From an uncultured Acidimicrobiales bacterium (GTDB lineage Bacteria; Actinomycetota; Acidimicrobiia; Acidimicrobiales; VFJN01): DNA of 64,000 bases. The notes under the pieces were generated by a model. That model was not told where the DNA came from. It made no database searches and was given only the letters and a program-made list of their open reading frames with translations. Positions 51,056 to 60,912 of the stretch are shown piece by piece (position 1 is the first letter of the stretch; the number at the start of each line of letters is the position of its first letter). Location: NCBI GenBank assembly GCA_963735375.1, contig CAVTKS010000005.1, forward strand, positions 256,152 to 320,151. The letters run 5' to 3'. The translations under genes were made by a program, and so were the position numbers.

Positions 51056-51107
51056 CCCGCGCTGACACCGCAGCCCGGCGCACCCCCCGGTCTCGCGGTC
51101 GCGCCGG

Positions 51108-52049
51108 CTACCAGGCGTAGGTGACGCCCGTGAGCTCCTCGGACAGGGCCCAAAGTCGCGCGGCCGCCTCGTCGTCGCGCGCCGCGGACGACATGCCGAC
51201 CGTCTTGGGGCCGCCACGCATCTCGAACGGGCCGTCCGGGCCGACGTAGTCGCCGGAGGCCACGTCGTCCATGGTGGCCGCGTAGAGCTGGGGCAGCGCC
51301 CCGGCGGCGTCGGACTGGGCGACCAGGCCGTTGCCGATCGCCATGATCGCTCCCGTCGCCCGCGACAGCAGCCACCCACCCGACTGATCGGCGCTCGCAC
51401 CCTGGAGGTGGGTGGAGGCGTAGCCGGGGTGGGCCGCGGCCGACGTCAGGTCGACGCCGGCGTCGCGGGCGCGGCGGTCGAGCTCGCGCATGAACAACAG
51501 GTTGGCGAGCTTCGACCGACCGTACGCGGCCCACTTGCGGTAGCGGGTGCGCTCGTAGTTGGGGTCGTCCCACTCGTTGCGGCCCTGGCGGTGCATGTTC
51601 GACGACGTCGTGACGACGCGCGGAGAGCCCGCACGGCGCAACGCGGGCAGCAGCAGACCGGTGAGCGCGAAGTGGCCGAGGTGGTTGGTGCCGAACTGCA
51701 TCTCGAACCCGTCGGCCGTGCGGGTGAGCGGTGGCGCCATCACACCGGCGTTGTTCATCAGCACGTCGAGCCGGTCGACCGCCGCATCGACCTCGGCGGC
51801 GGCCTTGCGCACCGACTCGAGGTCGGCGAGGTCGAGCGGGACGACCACCGGATCGGGTCCGGTGGCCACCGCGGCAACCTGCGCCCGCGCCACCTCGGCG
51901 CGTTCGGCGCTGCGGCACGCCATCACCACCGTCGCGCCGCGCCGGGCCAGCGCCTCGGCCGACCGCAGGCCGAGCCCACTGTTGGCGCCCGTCACGAGGA
52001 CGGTGCGGCCGGTCTGGTCGGGGATGTCGGACGATGCCCAGCGAGCCAT
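51108..52049 (-). CDS. Short-chain dehydrogenase/reductase
   Basis: Contains VLVTGANSGLG, NNAG and the catalytic YGRSK. Confidence 0.9.
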   Translation of the reverse strand: MARWASSDIPDQTGRTVLVTGANSGLGLRSAEALARRGATVVMACRSAERAEVARAQVAAVATGPDPVVVPLDLADLESVRKAAAEVDAAVDRLDVLMNNAGVMAPPLTRTADGFEMQFGTNHLGHFALTGLLLPALRRAGSPRVVTTSSNMHRQGRNEWDDPNYERTRYRKWAAYGRSKLANLLFMRELDRRARDAGVDLTSAAAHPGYASTHLQGASADQSGGWLLSRATGAIMAIGNGLVAQSDAAGALPQLYAATMDDVASGDYVGPDGPFEMRGGPKTVGMSSAARDDEAAARLWALSEELTGVTYAW

Positions 52050-52111
52050 GCCGCCAGCCTGCCAGACGCAACGGCACCCGCGGCACCCTGCCGGGTCGGC
52101 GACGCGTCAGA

Positions 52112-52840
52112 TCAGTCGCTCGGTTCCCAGCGGAAGAGGGCGATGGCCAGAGCGACCGCGGCCAGTGCCCACACGCCGAGCACGGGCCACACCCGGCCGG
52201 GGACGTCGGCGCCCGCCGTGAGGGCCCCGCGGGCCGCCTCGGCCAGGGCTGTGGACGGCAGCGACCGGGCGCCTGCCCGCAGCCCGGGCGGCAGCTCCTC
52301 GAGCGGGAAGACCATGCCCGACAGGAGCAGGAGGCCGACGAAGACGGCGTTGGCAGCGGCCAGCGCCACGAGCGCTCGGAGGCGCCCGGCCACGACCAGC
52401 GCCATGCCGGTGAACGCGGCGATGGCGAGCACCACGGCGCCGGCGAGCGGCAGGGGTTCGATGTCCGGCTCCCAGCCCAGCGCCAGCGCCGTGGCTGCGA
52501 GCACGACCGCCTGGACGGCGATCACGACCAACACGGCGACCGCCTTGGCCGCCACCAGACGGGGCCGGCCCAGGGGTGTGGCGCCGAGGCGCTTGAGCAC
52601 GCCGTACGACCGGTCGAACCCGGTGGAGATGGCCAGGTTCGTGAACGCCGTGGCCAGCACCGCCATCGCCAGGACCCCGGGGGCCAGGAAGTCGACGGCC
52701 TCGCCGTCGATCGGCAACACGTCGACCAGCGAGAAGAAGACCAGCACCACGACGGGGATGCCCAGCGTGAGCAGCAGCGACTCGCCGTTGCGCAGCGTCA
52801 ACGCCAGCTCCAGCCGCAGCTGGGCGATCAGGGGCCTCAT
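52112..52840 (-). CDS. ABC-2 type transporter permease
   Basis: A six-helix ABC-2 family profile. ATGA overlap with the upstream ATPase gene. Confidence 0.85.
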   Translation of the reverse strand: MRPLIAQLRLELALTLRNGESLLLTLGIPVVVLVFFSLVDVLPIDGEAVDFLAPGVLAMAVLATAFTNLAISTGFDRSYGVLKRLGATPLGRPRLVAAKAVAVLVVIAVQAVVLAATALALGWEPDIEPLPLAGAVVLAIAAFTGMALVVAGRLRALVALAAANAVFVGLLLLSGMVFPLEELPPGLRAGARSLPSTALAEAARGALTAGADVPGRVWPVLGVWALAAVALAIALFRWEPSD

Positions 52841-54261
52841 CGCTCGCCTCCGGGGCGGGGCCCGGTCTCGTCGCCGGACGTCCAGTCCGCTGCGTCGTCG
52901 TTCCGGCGCTTGCCCCAGAACGCCTCGAACGCCGACGCCACGCTGCCGTCCGTCGCGTCGGTGTCCCCGTCCGCCGTGTCCGTGTCCGCCGTGTCCGCCG
53001 TGTCCGTGTCCGCCGTGTCCGTGTCCACGGCCTGCCGCGGCGGGCTGGCCAGTCGCTCACCGCCATCGGATTCTTCGCGCCCACCGTGCTCGGGTGGCGC
53101 TGGTGCGGGCGCGGGGCTCGTCCCACCATCGGGTGGCTCGGGCGTGTCCGGGCGGGCGGGCGTCTGCTCGATGCCCGGTGATTCTGGTGCGGTGGCCGAG
53201 TCCGGGGCACCGGGAGCCTGCTCGGTGCGGGCCGGGTCGGGCGTCGCCGAGGGATCTGTCGCGGTCGGCGGACCGCTCGAGGCGGGTCCGGTGTCGTCGG
53301 GCCCGGTGACGCGGGCAGGACCGGCGGGCGCCGCAGCGCCGCCCTCACCCGGCGGCTGATCGGCCGTGAGCTGCAGGTAGATGTCCTCGAGGCGCTGGCG
53401 GCCGGCGCGCAGGTCGGACAAGGGCAGGTCGTGGTCGGCGAGCCAGGCGGTGACGGCGGCGACGGCCTGCGGCGTCGGGGCGGTGGCGACGGTGTAGTCG
53501 CCGGGGGCGGTCTCGACGACGTCGACGCCGCCGAGTCGACGCGCCAGCGACTCCCGGTCGAGCCCCGCCGGCGCGCGGAAGCGCACCCGCTCGTCCGCGC
53601 CGCTGGCGCGGGTGAGCTCGTCGACCGTGCCCGCTGCGACGAGCCGGCCGGCGACGACGATGACGACGCGGTCGGCGACGCGCTCGGCCTCGTCGAGGTC
53701 GTGGGTGGTGAGCAGCACGGTCACGCCGTCGTTGCGCAGGTCGGCGATCACCTGGCGTATGACCTGACGGCCGGCGGGGTCGACGCCGGCCGTCGGCTCG
53801 TCGAGGAACGCGACCTGTGGCCGGCCGACGAGCGCCAGTGCCAGCGCGAGCCGCCGTTGCTCGCCGCCGGACAGCTGGCGGTAGGTCCGCCGCTCGAGCC
53901 CCGACAACCCCAGCCGGTCGATCAACGCCGCCGGTTCGACCGGGTCGTGGTAGAGCGCGGCGGCGTGCCGCAGAGCCTCGTTCACCCGCACCGCCGGGTG
54001 GATGCCGCCCTCCTGCAACATGACGCCGATGCGCTCGGTGAGCGCGCCGTGGTCGACCCGGGGATCGAGCCCCGCCACCGACAGGCGCCCCGACGTGGGT
54101 CTGCGCAGCCCTTCGAGGGCCTCGACCGTCGACGTCTTGCCGGCGCCGTTGGGCCCGAGCACACAGGTGACCTGGCCGGCGTCGGCGTGGAACGACAGGT
54201 CGTCGACCGCCGTCACGCTCCCGTAGGTGATGGTGAGCGACTCGACGTCGACGGCGGCCAT
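52837..54261 (-). CDS. ABC transporter ATP-binding protein (DrrA-like) with a roughly 190-aa acidic low-complexity C-terminal tail
   Basis: Contains GPNGAGKT, LSGGEQRR and FLDEPT, then a Pro/Thr/Asp-rich tail with DTDTADTDTADTADTDTADGDTDATDG. The ATG at 54261 (MAAVDVESLTITYG) is preferred over the track start at 54357. Confidence 0.88.
   Translation of the reverse strand: MAAVDVESLTITYGSVTAVDDLSFHADAGQVTCVLGPNGAGKTSTVEALEGLRRPTSGRLSVAGLDPRVDHGALTERIGVMLQEGGIHPAVRVNEALRHAAALYHDPVEPAALIDRLGLSGLERRTYRQLSGGEQRRLALALALVGRPQVAFLDEPTAGVDPAGRQVIRQVIADLRNDGVTVLLTTHDLDEAERVADRVVIVVAGRLVAAGTVDELTRASGADERVRFRAPAGLDRESLARRLGGVDVVETAPGDYTVATAPTPQAVAAVTAWLADHDLPLSDLRAGRQRLEDIYLQLTADQPPGEGGAAAPAGPARVTGPDDTGPASSGPPTATDPSATPDPARTEQAPGAPDSATAPESPGIEQTPARPDTPEPPDGGTSPAPAPAPPEHGGREESDGGERLASPPRQAVDTDTADTDTADTADTDTADGDTDATDGSVASAFEAFWGKRRNDDAADWTSGDETGPRPGGER
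52961..53026. repeat. GTGTCC / GCCGTGTCC microsatellite-like tandem repeat encoding the Thr-Asp repeats on the minus strand
   Basis: Read directly: gtgtccccgtccgccgtgtccgtgtccgccgtgtccgccgtgtccgtgtccgccgtgtccgtgtcc. Confidence 0.85.
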
Positions 54262-54377
54262 GGCGGCAGCGACGCTACCCGGCCGGCTCGCAGCCACGCC
54301 CACCCCGGCCCGAGCGCGCCGCGGCGGAGCGCAACCTGTGCCGGCCCACCTGGCCACCGCCGGTAGCCTCGTCTCCC

Positions 54378-55688
54378 ATGCTCGACCTCCGACGCATCCG
54401 CACCGAGCCCGAGGCCGTCAAGGCTGCGCTCGACCGTCGGGGCCCGGGCACGTCCGATGCGATCGACCAGATCCTCGCCCTCGACGCCGAGCAGCGGCGG
54501 CTCACCGCCGAGCGCGACGACGTGCGCAGCCAGGTCAAGGCCATCTCCAAGCAGGTGGGCCGGTTGCGGGGACAGGGCCAGGCCGACGAGGCCGAGACCA
54601 AGATGGCGGAGAGCCGTGCGCTCGGCGAGAGCGAGAAGGTGCTCGCGGCCGATGCCGAGCGCCTGGCCGACGAGATCCGCGATCTGTTGCTCGCCGTGCC
54701 CAACACGCCGAGCGTCGACGCGCCTGACGGGGCGGGCGAGGCCGACAACGTCGTCCTCCGCACCGAGGGCTACGACCCCGCCACCTACGGCGAGCACCAG
54801 CGCGTCCCCCACTGGGACATCGGCGACGAGCTGGGCCTGTTCGACTTCGCCCGGGCCACCAAGATCTCGGGCTCGATGTTCACGATGTACCGGGGGTGGG
54901 GCGCCCGCCTGCTGCGCGCGCTGGTGCAGCTCAGCCTCGACCGCAACGCCGATGCGTACGAAGAGGTGCGGCCGCCCACGCTGGTGCTCACCGAGACCAT
55001 GGTCTCGACGGGTCACCTGCCCAAGTTCGCCGACGACGCCTACCACGTCGAACGAGACGACCTGTGGGCGATCCCCACGGCCGAGGTGCCGCTCACGTCG
55101 CTGCACCGCGACGAGATCCTCGACGCCGCCGACCTGCCGCTGCGCTACACGGCCTACACGTCGTGCTTCCGGCGCGAGGCGGGCTCGGCGGGCAAGGACA
55201 CCCGCGGCCTGCTGCGGGCCCACGAGTTCGACAAGGTCGAGCTGCTGGCCGTCGCCGCGGACGCCGAGGCCGCCATCCGCTGCCAGCAGGACGTCCTGGC
55301 CCGCAGCGAGGGCCTGCTGCGCGACCTGGGCCTGGCCTACCGCGTGCTCGACCTGTGCACCGGCGACCTGGGCAACTCGGCGGCCCGGACCTGGGACATC
55401 GAGGCGTACGCACCGGGTGTCGACCAATGGCTCGAGGTGTCGTCGGTGTCGTGGTTCGCCGACTACCAGGCCCGGCGCGCCAACATCCGCTACCGCCCGA
55501 CGCCCGACGAGGGCGGCAAGCCGAAGGGCACCGCCGTCGCCCACACGGTCAACGGCTCCGCGATGGGCTGGCCCCGCACCGTCGCCGCGTACCTCGAGAC
55601 CCACCGCCGTCCCGACGGCTCGGTCACCATCGTCGAGGCCCTGCGCCCGTACCTCGGCGGCGCCGAGGCCATCACCGCCCGCGCCTGA
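54378..55688 (+). CDS. serS: Seryl-tRNA synthetase
   Basis: N-terminal coiled-coil arm and class II motifs (FRREAGSAGKDTRGLLRAHEF, GSAMGWPR). Confidence 0.95.
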   Translation: MLDLRRIRTEPEAVKAALDRRGPGTSDAIDQILALDAEQRRLTAERDDVRSQVKAISKQVGRLRGQGQADEAETKMAESRALGESEKVLAADAERLADEIRDLLLAVPNTPSVDAPDGAGEADNVVLRTEGYDPATYGEHQRVPHWDIGDELGLFDFARATKISGSMFTMYRGWGARLLRALVQLSLDRNADAYEEVRPPTLVLTETMVSTGHLPKFADDAYHVERDDLWAIPTAEVPLTSLHRDEILDAADLPLRYTAYTSCFRREAGSAGKDTRGLLRAHEFDKVELLAVAADAEAAIRCQQDVLARSEGLLRDLGLAYRVLDLCTGDLGNSAARTWDIEAYAPGVDQWLEVSSVSWFADYQARRANIRYRPTPDEGGKPKGTAVAHTVNGSAMGWPRTVAAYLETHRRPDGSVTIVEALRPYLGGAEAITARA

Positions 55689-55726
55689 CGCCGGCGCTCT
55701 TGCCTCGCCGGCCGCCGCACCGCAGC

Positions 55727-56155
55727 TCAGGCGCAGGCCCGGCAGCGGCCCGAGAGCGCAAAGTGCTGCGGCGACAGCTCGAACCCGTGCTCGTCGCGCA
55801 GACCGGCGGCCAGGTCGTCGAGCGCATCGAGCGGCACCTCGACGACCGCCCCGCACGACGAGCACACCGCGTGGTGGTGGGGCCGGTCGTTGAGGTGGAA
55901 CGTGGACGGCCCGTGGCCAAGGTGGACATGTGTGACGACGCCCACCTCCTCCAACCGGTCGAGTGTGCGGTAGACGGTCGCCCGGTGCACCTCAGGGTGG
56001 CGCTCGGCCACCCGGGCGGCGATCTGGTCGGCGGTCACGTGATGGTCGCCCGCCAGCAGCGCCTCGACGACGGCCCGGCGGGATGCCGTCAGCCGGTCGC
56101 CGCGCGAGCGCAACAGCGACAGGATCTCGTCAGCTGAAGGGGGGCTGCCGTTCAC
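55727..56155 (-). CDS. Fur-family metalloregulator
   Basis: Contains RATVYRTLDRLEEVGVV, HHHAVCSSCG and CRAC. Only the 3' end of the 835-aa track ORF is coding. Confidence 0.85.
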   Translation of the reverse strand: MNGSPPSADEILSLLRSRGDRLTASRRAVVEALLAGDHHVTADQIAARVAERHPEVHRATVYRTLDRLEEVGVVTHVHLGHGPSTFHLNDRPHHHAVCSSCGAVVEVPLDALDDLAAGLRDEHGFELSPQHFALSGRCRACA

Positions 56156-56233
56156 CCGGACGACACTAGTAACCTCGCTTCGTTTCCTCCGCTCTCCTCG
56201 GAGGGGGTTCGAGCCAGGAAGGCGAGATCTTCG

Positions 56234-58726
56234 ATGCGACGCGTCTGGGCCTGGATGGCCCTCAACTTCGGCAAGCACGCCGGCATCGTCGGCGTGATCG
56301 GCCTGGCGATCACGCTGGTGCTCGGGCTGGGCATCACCAAGCTCGACTTCGCCACCGGGCAGGACTCGTACCTCAACAAGGACGAGCAGGTCTACAAGGA
56401 CAGCGTCGCCTACCAGAGCCTGTTCGGCGGCCAGGCCATGGTCAGCCTGTTCACGATGGACGAGGGGCAGACGGTCACCGACCTGTTCACGCCCGACAAC
56501 GTCGAGCACATGGGCCAGGTCGAGGAGGACCTGCGTGCGACCGAGGGCGTGGTCACCGTCATCAGCCCTCTCACCGCCCTCCAGTTCACCCAGAACATGG
56601 TCACCGGGCCACCCGAGGCGCCGGACGACGTCACCGCGAGCGTGGCGGGCCAGGCGTTGCTCGGGGCCCGCGAGCGTGACCCCGACCCGGCCGCGCAGGA
56701 GGTCCGACTCGACGACTCCTTCCTGACCCTCGAGCGCATCAACGCGGTGCAGGGCGAGCGCAGCTTCGACAACCCCGAGTGGGTCGACTTCCTGCTCTTC
56801 GACAACCGGGGCGAGATCCGCAAGTCGCTGCGCCCGTTCTTCCCCGACGAGGGGCACGCCCAGATGATCACCCGCCTCGAGGGCAACGCGTCGCTCGAGG
56901 ACGAGGGCAACGCGGCCGACCGGGTGACGACTGTGGTCCAGGCCGAGCCGTTCGAGAATGCGTCCACCGTCACCACCGGCGCCGCGGTGCTGCTCAAGGA
57001 CCTGAACGACTACCTGCGGGGCGGCATGCTCACGCTGGGTGCCATCGCGGTGGCGATCATGGTCGTCATCCTGGTGCTGCTGTTCGGCGTGCGCTGGCGG
57101 CTGTTGCCGCTGTTCGTGATTCTCGTGGGCGTCACCTGGGCCTTCGGCCTGGCCGGCTACCTCGGCATCCCCCTGTCGGTGGTCACGATCGCCGGCCTGC
57201 CCGTGATGCTGGGCGTGGGCATCGATTACGCGATCCAGATGCACTCGCGCATCGAGGAGGAGGTGGTGATCGACCGGTCGAGCCACCCCCTCCAAGAGGC
57301 GTCCGTCAACCTGGGGCCCGCCCTGCTGGTGGTCACGTTCGACGCCATCTTCGCCTTCCTGGCCCTGCGCTTCGCCAAGGTGCCGATGATCCGCGACTTC
57401 GGCCTGCTGCTGGCCGTGGGCATCGCCGTGATCTGCATCGCCAGCATCGTGCTGCCGCTGGCCGCGCTGGGCATCCGCGAGTTCCGCTCGCCCACCAAGG
57501 GCAAGGACTTCAGCCACGGCACGCTGGCCAAGCTGGTCGTTTGGCTCGGCCACCTGCCCAAGGCGACCGCCGTGCCCCTGGCGGTGGCCAGCGTGCTGAT
57601 CTTCGCCGGCGGCATCCTGGTCGAGGACCAGCTGAAGATCCAGAGCGACCCCGAGGAGTGGGTCAACCAGGACTCGCAGGTCATCCGCGACATCGACACC
57701 CTCAAGGCCGAGACGGGCTCGTCGGCCGAGCTGGGCATCTTCGTCGAGAGCGACGACGTCTTCAGCGACGAGACGGCCCAGTTCGTCACCGACTTCGCCA
57801 ACGAGCAGCTCGCCGAGCGTCCCGAGGACCTGCTCACCGCGTCGTCGATCGTCACCACCGTGGCGTTCCTCATCGAGCAGCCCGACACCACCACGCTCGC
57901 GCCCACCGGCGCGGACGTGCAGCGCGCCTACGAGGTGGCGCCGCCCGACATCCAGCAGGCCCTGGTCAACCCCGACCAGGGCGCCCTGAACCTGGTGTTC
58001 CGCACCGGCCCCGGCTCGCTCGACGAGCGCGCCGTCTACATCAACGAGATCCGCGACGAGCTCGATGCGGGCGAGACCGCCGGCGGCGTCGCCATCCCCC
58101 CGGGCGTGCGGGCCACACCGTCGGGCCTGGCGGTGGTGGGCGTCGGCCTGCTCGACAACATCGAGGCCAACCGCATCCTGCTCACCTACCTGGCCGTGGC
58201 GTTCGTGTTCCTGTTCCTCACCGTGCGGCTGCACAGCGTCGTGCGAGCCCTGCTGTCGATGGTGCCCGTGCTCATCGCCGTGGGCGTGGCGTCGCTCGTG
58301 GCGTGGATCTTCGACCTGCAGCTCAGCCCCATGACCGCCGTCGGTGGCCCGCTGGTGGTGGCGCTGTGCACCGAGTTCACGTCGCTGATCCTGTTGCGGT
58401 TCATCGAGGAGCGACAGCGGGGCTACTCGCCCCAGGAGGCCGTCGAGGTCACGGCGTCGCGCACGGGCCGTGCTTTCATCGTCTCCGCGCTCACTGCAGT
58501 ATCGGGCGTGGCGGTCATCGCCTTCTCGTCACTGCCGCTGCTGCAGGACTTCGGCCTGATCGTCGCCATGAACGTGGCCGTGGCCCTCCTGTCGGCGCTC
58601 GTGTTCCTGCCGCCGATGCTCGTGTGGGCCGAGGAGCGGGGCTGGGTGACCCGGGGCATGAAGGTGCACCACGACGCGACGGTCGGGTCTCGGCCCTCGG
58701 TGCCGGCCCCCGCAGAACAGGCCTGA
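56234..58726 (+). CDS. MMPL/RND-superfamily transporter
   Basis: Two blocks of 6 helices, each preceded by a large extracytoplasmic loop. AGGAAGG lies before the ATG. Confidence 0.85.
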   Translation: MRRVWAWMALNFGKHAGIVGVIGLAITLVLGLGITKLDFATGQDSYLNKDEQVYKDSVAYQSLFGGQAMVSLFTMDEGQTVTDLFTPDNVEHMGQVEEDLRATEGVVTVISPLTALQFTQNMVTGPPEAPDDVTASVAGQALLGARERDPDPAAQEVRLDDSFLTLERINAVQGERSFDNPEWVDFLLFDNRGEIRKSLRPFFPDEGHAQMITRLEGNASLEDEGNAADRVTTVVQAEPFENASTVTTGAAVLLKDLNDYLRGGMLTLGAIAVAIMVVILVLLFGVRWRLLPLFVILVGVTWAFGLAGYLGIPLSVVTIAGLPVMLGVGIDYAIQMHSRIEEEVVIDRSSHPLQEASVNLGPALLVVTFDAIFAFLALRFAKVPMIRDFGLLLAVGIAVICIASIVLPLAALGIREFRSPTKGKDFSHGTLAKLVVWLGHLPKATAVPLAVASVLIFAGGILVEDQLKIQSDPEEWVNQDSQVIRDIDTLKAETGSSAELGIFVESDDVFSDETAQFVTDFANEQLAERPEDLLTASSIVTTVAFLIEQPDTTTLAPTGADVQRAYEVAPPDIQQALVNPDQGALNLVFRTGPGSLDERAVYINEIRDELDAGETAGGVAIPPGVRATPSGLAVVGVGLLDNIEANRILLTYLAVAFVFLFLTVRLHSVVRALLSMVPVLIAVGVASLVAWIFDLQLSPMTAVGGPLVVALCTEFTSLILLRFIEERQRGYSPQEAVEVTASRTGRAFIVSALTAVSGVAVIAFSSLPLLQDFGLIVAMNVAVALLSALVFLPPMLVWAEERGWVTRGMKVHHDATVGSRPSVPAPAEQA

Positions 58727-58915
58727 CGCCTCGAACGCCGGCGCCGTCGTACGAATACTCCGCGGGTCTGCGGAGCACCGGCGATAACGTGACCCACACC
58801 TACAAGACCCAGGGTCGCCGCCGCGGCCCGACGGAAGCTCCCGGGGCCGCACCAGCGGGGAGGGGACCGTTATGCGCACGACAACCCACGACACCGAGTT
58901 GCGAGCGCGAACCGC

Positions 58916-60181
58916 GTGACCGACCGACGGGCGTCGGTCGACACCGACGTCACCCCAGCAGAGCCGGGCGACCATGCGGTCGCGACGGTCCCGACCGACG
59001 CACCCGTCGACACGGGTGGAGCAGCTGCACCCGGTGCCGCCGCTGACGTCACGGGCGACGCCTCCATCCGCCTCGAGGACCTGACCAAGGTCTACCCCGG
59101 CGCGGCCCGCCCGGCGGTGGGCGGCCTGAACCTCGTGATCCCCCACGGCGAGCTCGTGGCGCTCGTGGGGCCGTCGGGGTGCGGCAAGACGACCACGCTC
59201 AAGATGATCAACCGTCTGGTCGAGCCCACCGACGGCACCGTCTGGCTCGAGGGCACCGACATCCGCACGCTGCCGGCGCACGAGCTCCGCCGCGGCATCG
59301 GCTACGTCATCCAGCAGGCGGGGCTGTTCCCGCACCGCAAGGTGCGCGACAACATCGCCACGGTCCCGCAGCTGCTCGGCTGGTCCAAGAGCCGCATCAA
59401 CGAGCGGGTCGGCGAGCTGGCCGAGCTGCTCGACCTCGACAACGTGCTGCTCAACCGGTACCCGGCCGCGCTGTCCGGGGGGCAGCAGCAGCGGGTCGGT
59501 GTGGCCCGGGCGCTGGCGGCCGATCCGCCCGTGCTGCTCATGGACGAGCCGTACTCGGCGGTCGACCCCATCGTGCGAGCTCGGCTGCAGGACGAGCTGC
59601 TGGCGCTGCAGCGCCGGGTCCAGAAGACCATCGTGCTCGTCACCCACGACATCGACGAGGCCATCAAGCTCGCCGACCGCATCGCCATCCTCAAGGTGGG
59701 CGGGGTCCTCGAACAGGTGGGCCCGCCCGAGGAGCTGCTGCGGGCACCGGCCAACGAGTTCGTCGCCGACTTCCTGGGCGACGACCGCGGCATCAAGCGG
59801 CTGTCGCTCATGCGGGTCGAGCAGACCCGGCTCACCCCGGGCCCGGTGGTGGCGCGCACGGCGACGGCCGACGACGCGCGCGCCGTCATGGACGCCGAGG
59901 GCACCGACTGGGTGGCGGTGTGCGCAGGCGACGGCGACGAGCTGTGGGGCTGGGTCGGCGCCGACGAGATCGACGGCGCGGCCACGCTGGCCGACGTGGA
60001 GGCCCGACCGTTCGCCGCGGTGGTGCACCCCGACACGACCCTCAAGGCGGCCCTCGACGTCATCGTCACGTCGCGGACCCGCGTGGCCGTCGTGGTGGCC
60101 GACGACCCCGACGCCGCCGGGGGCCGCCGCTACCTGGGCATGCTCACCCTCGACGACCTGGCCGAGGGGATCACCAAGTGA
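58916..60181 (+). CDS. Osmoprotectant (glycine betaine/choline-type) ABC transporter ATP-binding protein with tandem CBS domains
   Basis: Contains GPSGCGKTT, LSGGQQQRV and LLMDEP, with a CBS pair at the C-terminus. The GTG at 58916 is the only in-frame start upstream of the P-loop region. Confidence 0.88.
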   Translation: MTDRRASVDTDVTPAEPGDHAVATVPTDAPVDTGGAAAPGAAADVTGDASIRLEDLTKVYPGAARPAVGGLNLVIPHGELVALVGPSGCGKTTTLKMINRLVEPTDGTVWLEGTDIRTLPAHELRRGIGYVIQQAGLFPHRKVRDNIATVPQLLGWSKSRINERVGELAELLDLDNVLLNRYPAALSGGQQQRVGVARALAADPPVLLMDEPYSAVDPIVRARLQDELLALQRRVQKTIVLVTHDIDEAIKLADRIAILKVGGVLEQVGPPEELLRAPANEFVADFLGDDRGIKRLSLMRVEQTRLTPGPVVARTATADDARAVMDAEGTDWVAVCAGDGDELWGWVGADEIDGAATLADVEARPFAAVVHPDTTLKAALDVIVTSRTRVAVVVADDPDAAGGRRYLGMLTLDDLAEGITK

Positions 60182-60912
60182 CCGCGCCGGTGCTGGCGGC
60201 CGACGAGCCCTTCATCCGCTGGGACTGGGTGAGCGACCACACCGACGACATCACCGAGCTGTTCTGGCAGCACGTCACGCTGACGGTCGTCTCGGTCGCC
60301 ATCGGCTTCGCCATCTCGATGGTCCTGGCGCTGGTCGCTGTCCGCTGGCGGTGGACGTACGAGCCGCTCGCCGGGTTCTGCAGCGTCCTGTACGCCATCC
60401 CCAGTCTGGCCCTGTTCGGCGTGCTGATCACGATCCCGGCGTTCGGCTTCGGGTTCCGCAGCGCCGTCGTGGCGTTGGTCAGCTACACCCTGCTGATCTT
60501 GCTGCGGAACATCGTGGCCGGGCTCGACGGGGTGCCGGCGGCGGCACGCGAGGCCGCCGACGGCATGGGCTACGAACGGTGGCGACGGCTGCTGCGGGTG
60601 GACCTGCCCCTGGCGACGCCGGCCATCGTGGCGGGGCTGCGCATCGCGACGGTGACGACGGTCGGCCTGGTGACGGTCACCTCGCTGATCGGTGAGGGCG
60701 GCTTCGGCGACCTCATCAACGATGGGCTCAGCCGCGACTTCCCGACGCCGATCGTCGTCGGCGCCGTGCTCTCGGTCGCGCTCGCCATCGCGTTCGACCT
60801 TCTGTTCGTCGTCGTCGAGCGGCTGCTCACCCCCTGGACGCGGGCCCGGACGCCGCGTGGCTCCGGTGCCGTCCCCGCCGGTGGGTTGGCCGGTGCAGGG
60901 GTGCGACCGTGA
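60178..60912 (+). CDS. ABC transporter permease (BPD/OpuBB-like)
   Basis: Contains the EAA-type loop AAREAADGMGYERWRRLLRVDLPLA. GTGA overlap with the ATPase gene. Confidence 0.85.
   Translation: MTAPVLAADEPFIRWDWVSDHTDDITELFWQHVTLTVVSVAIGFAISMVLALVAVRWRWTYEPLAGFCSVLYAIPSLALFGVLITIPAFGFGFRSAVVALVSYTLLILLRNIVAGLDGVPAAAREAADGMGYERWRRLLRVDLPLATPAIVAGLRIATVTTVGLVTVTSLIGEGGFGDLINDGLSRDFPTPIVVGAVLSVALAIAFDLLFVVVERLLTPWTRARTPRGSGAVPAGGLAGAGVRP

Noticed and set aside
52961-53026. Repeat arrays as possible CRISPR arrays (also 26282-26317 and 37628-37664).
   Set aside because: The units are 6-18 bp with no spacers, and two of the three lie inside coding sequence. No cas genes are present. None is a CRISPR array.
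58727-58915. A c-di-AMP (ydaO-type) riboswitch call upstream of the Opu operon.
   Set aside because: Fragments such as GGGGACC and ACCCACGACA resemble parts of the consensus. The hallmark CCGACAGCUNACCUCG-like segment and the pseudo-twofold arrangement could not be found by eye. It is reported only as an unexplained leader.
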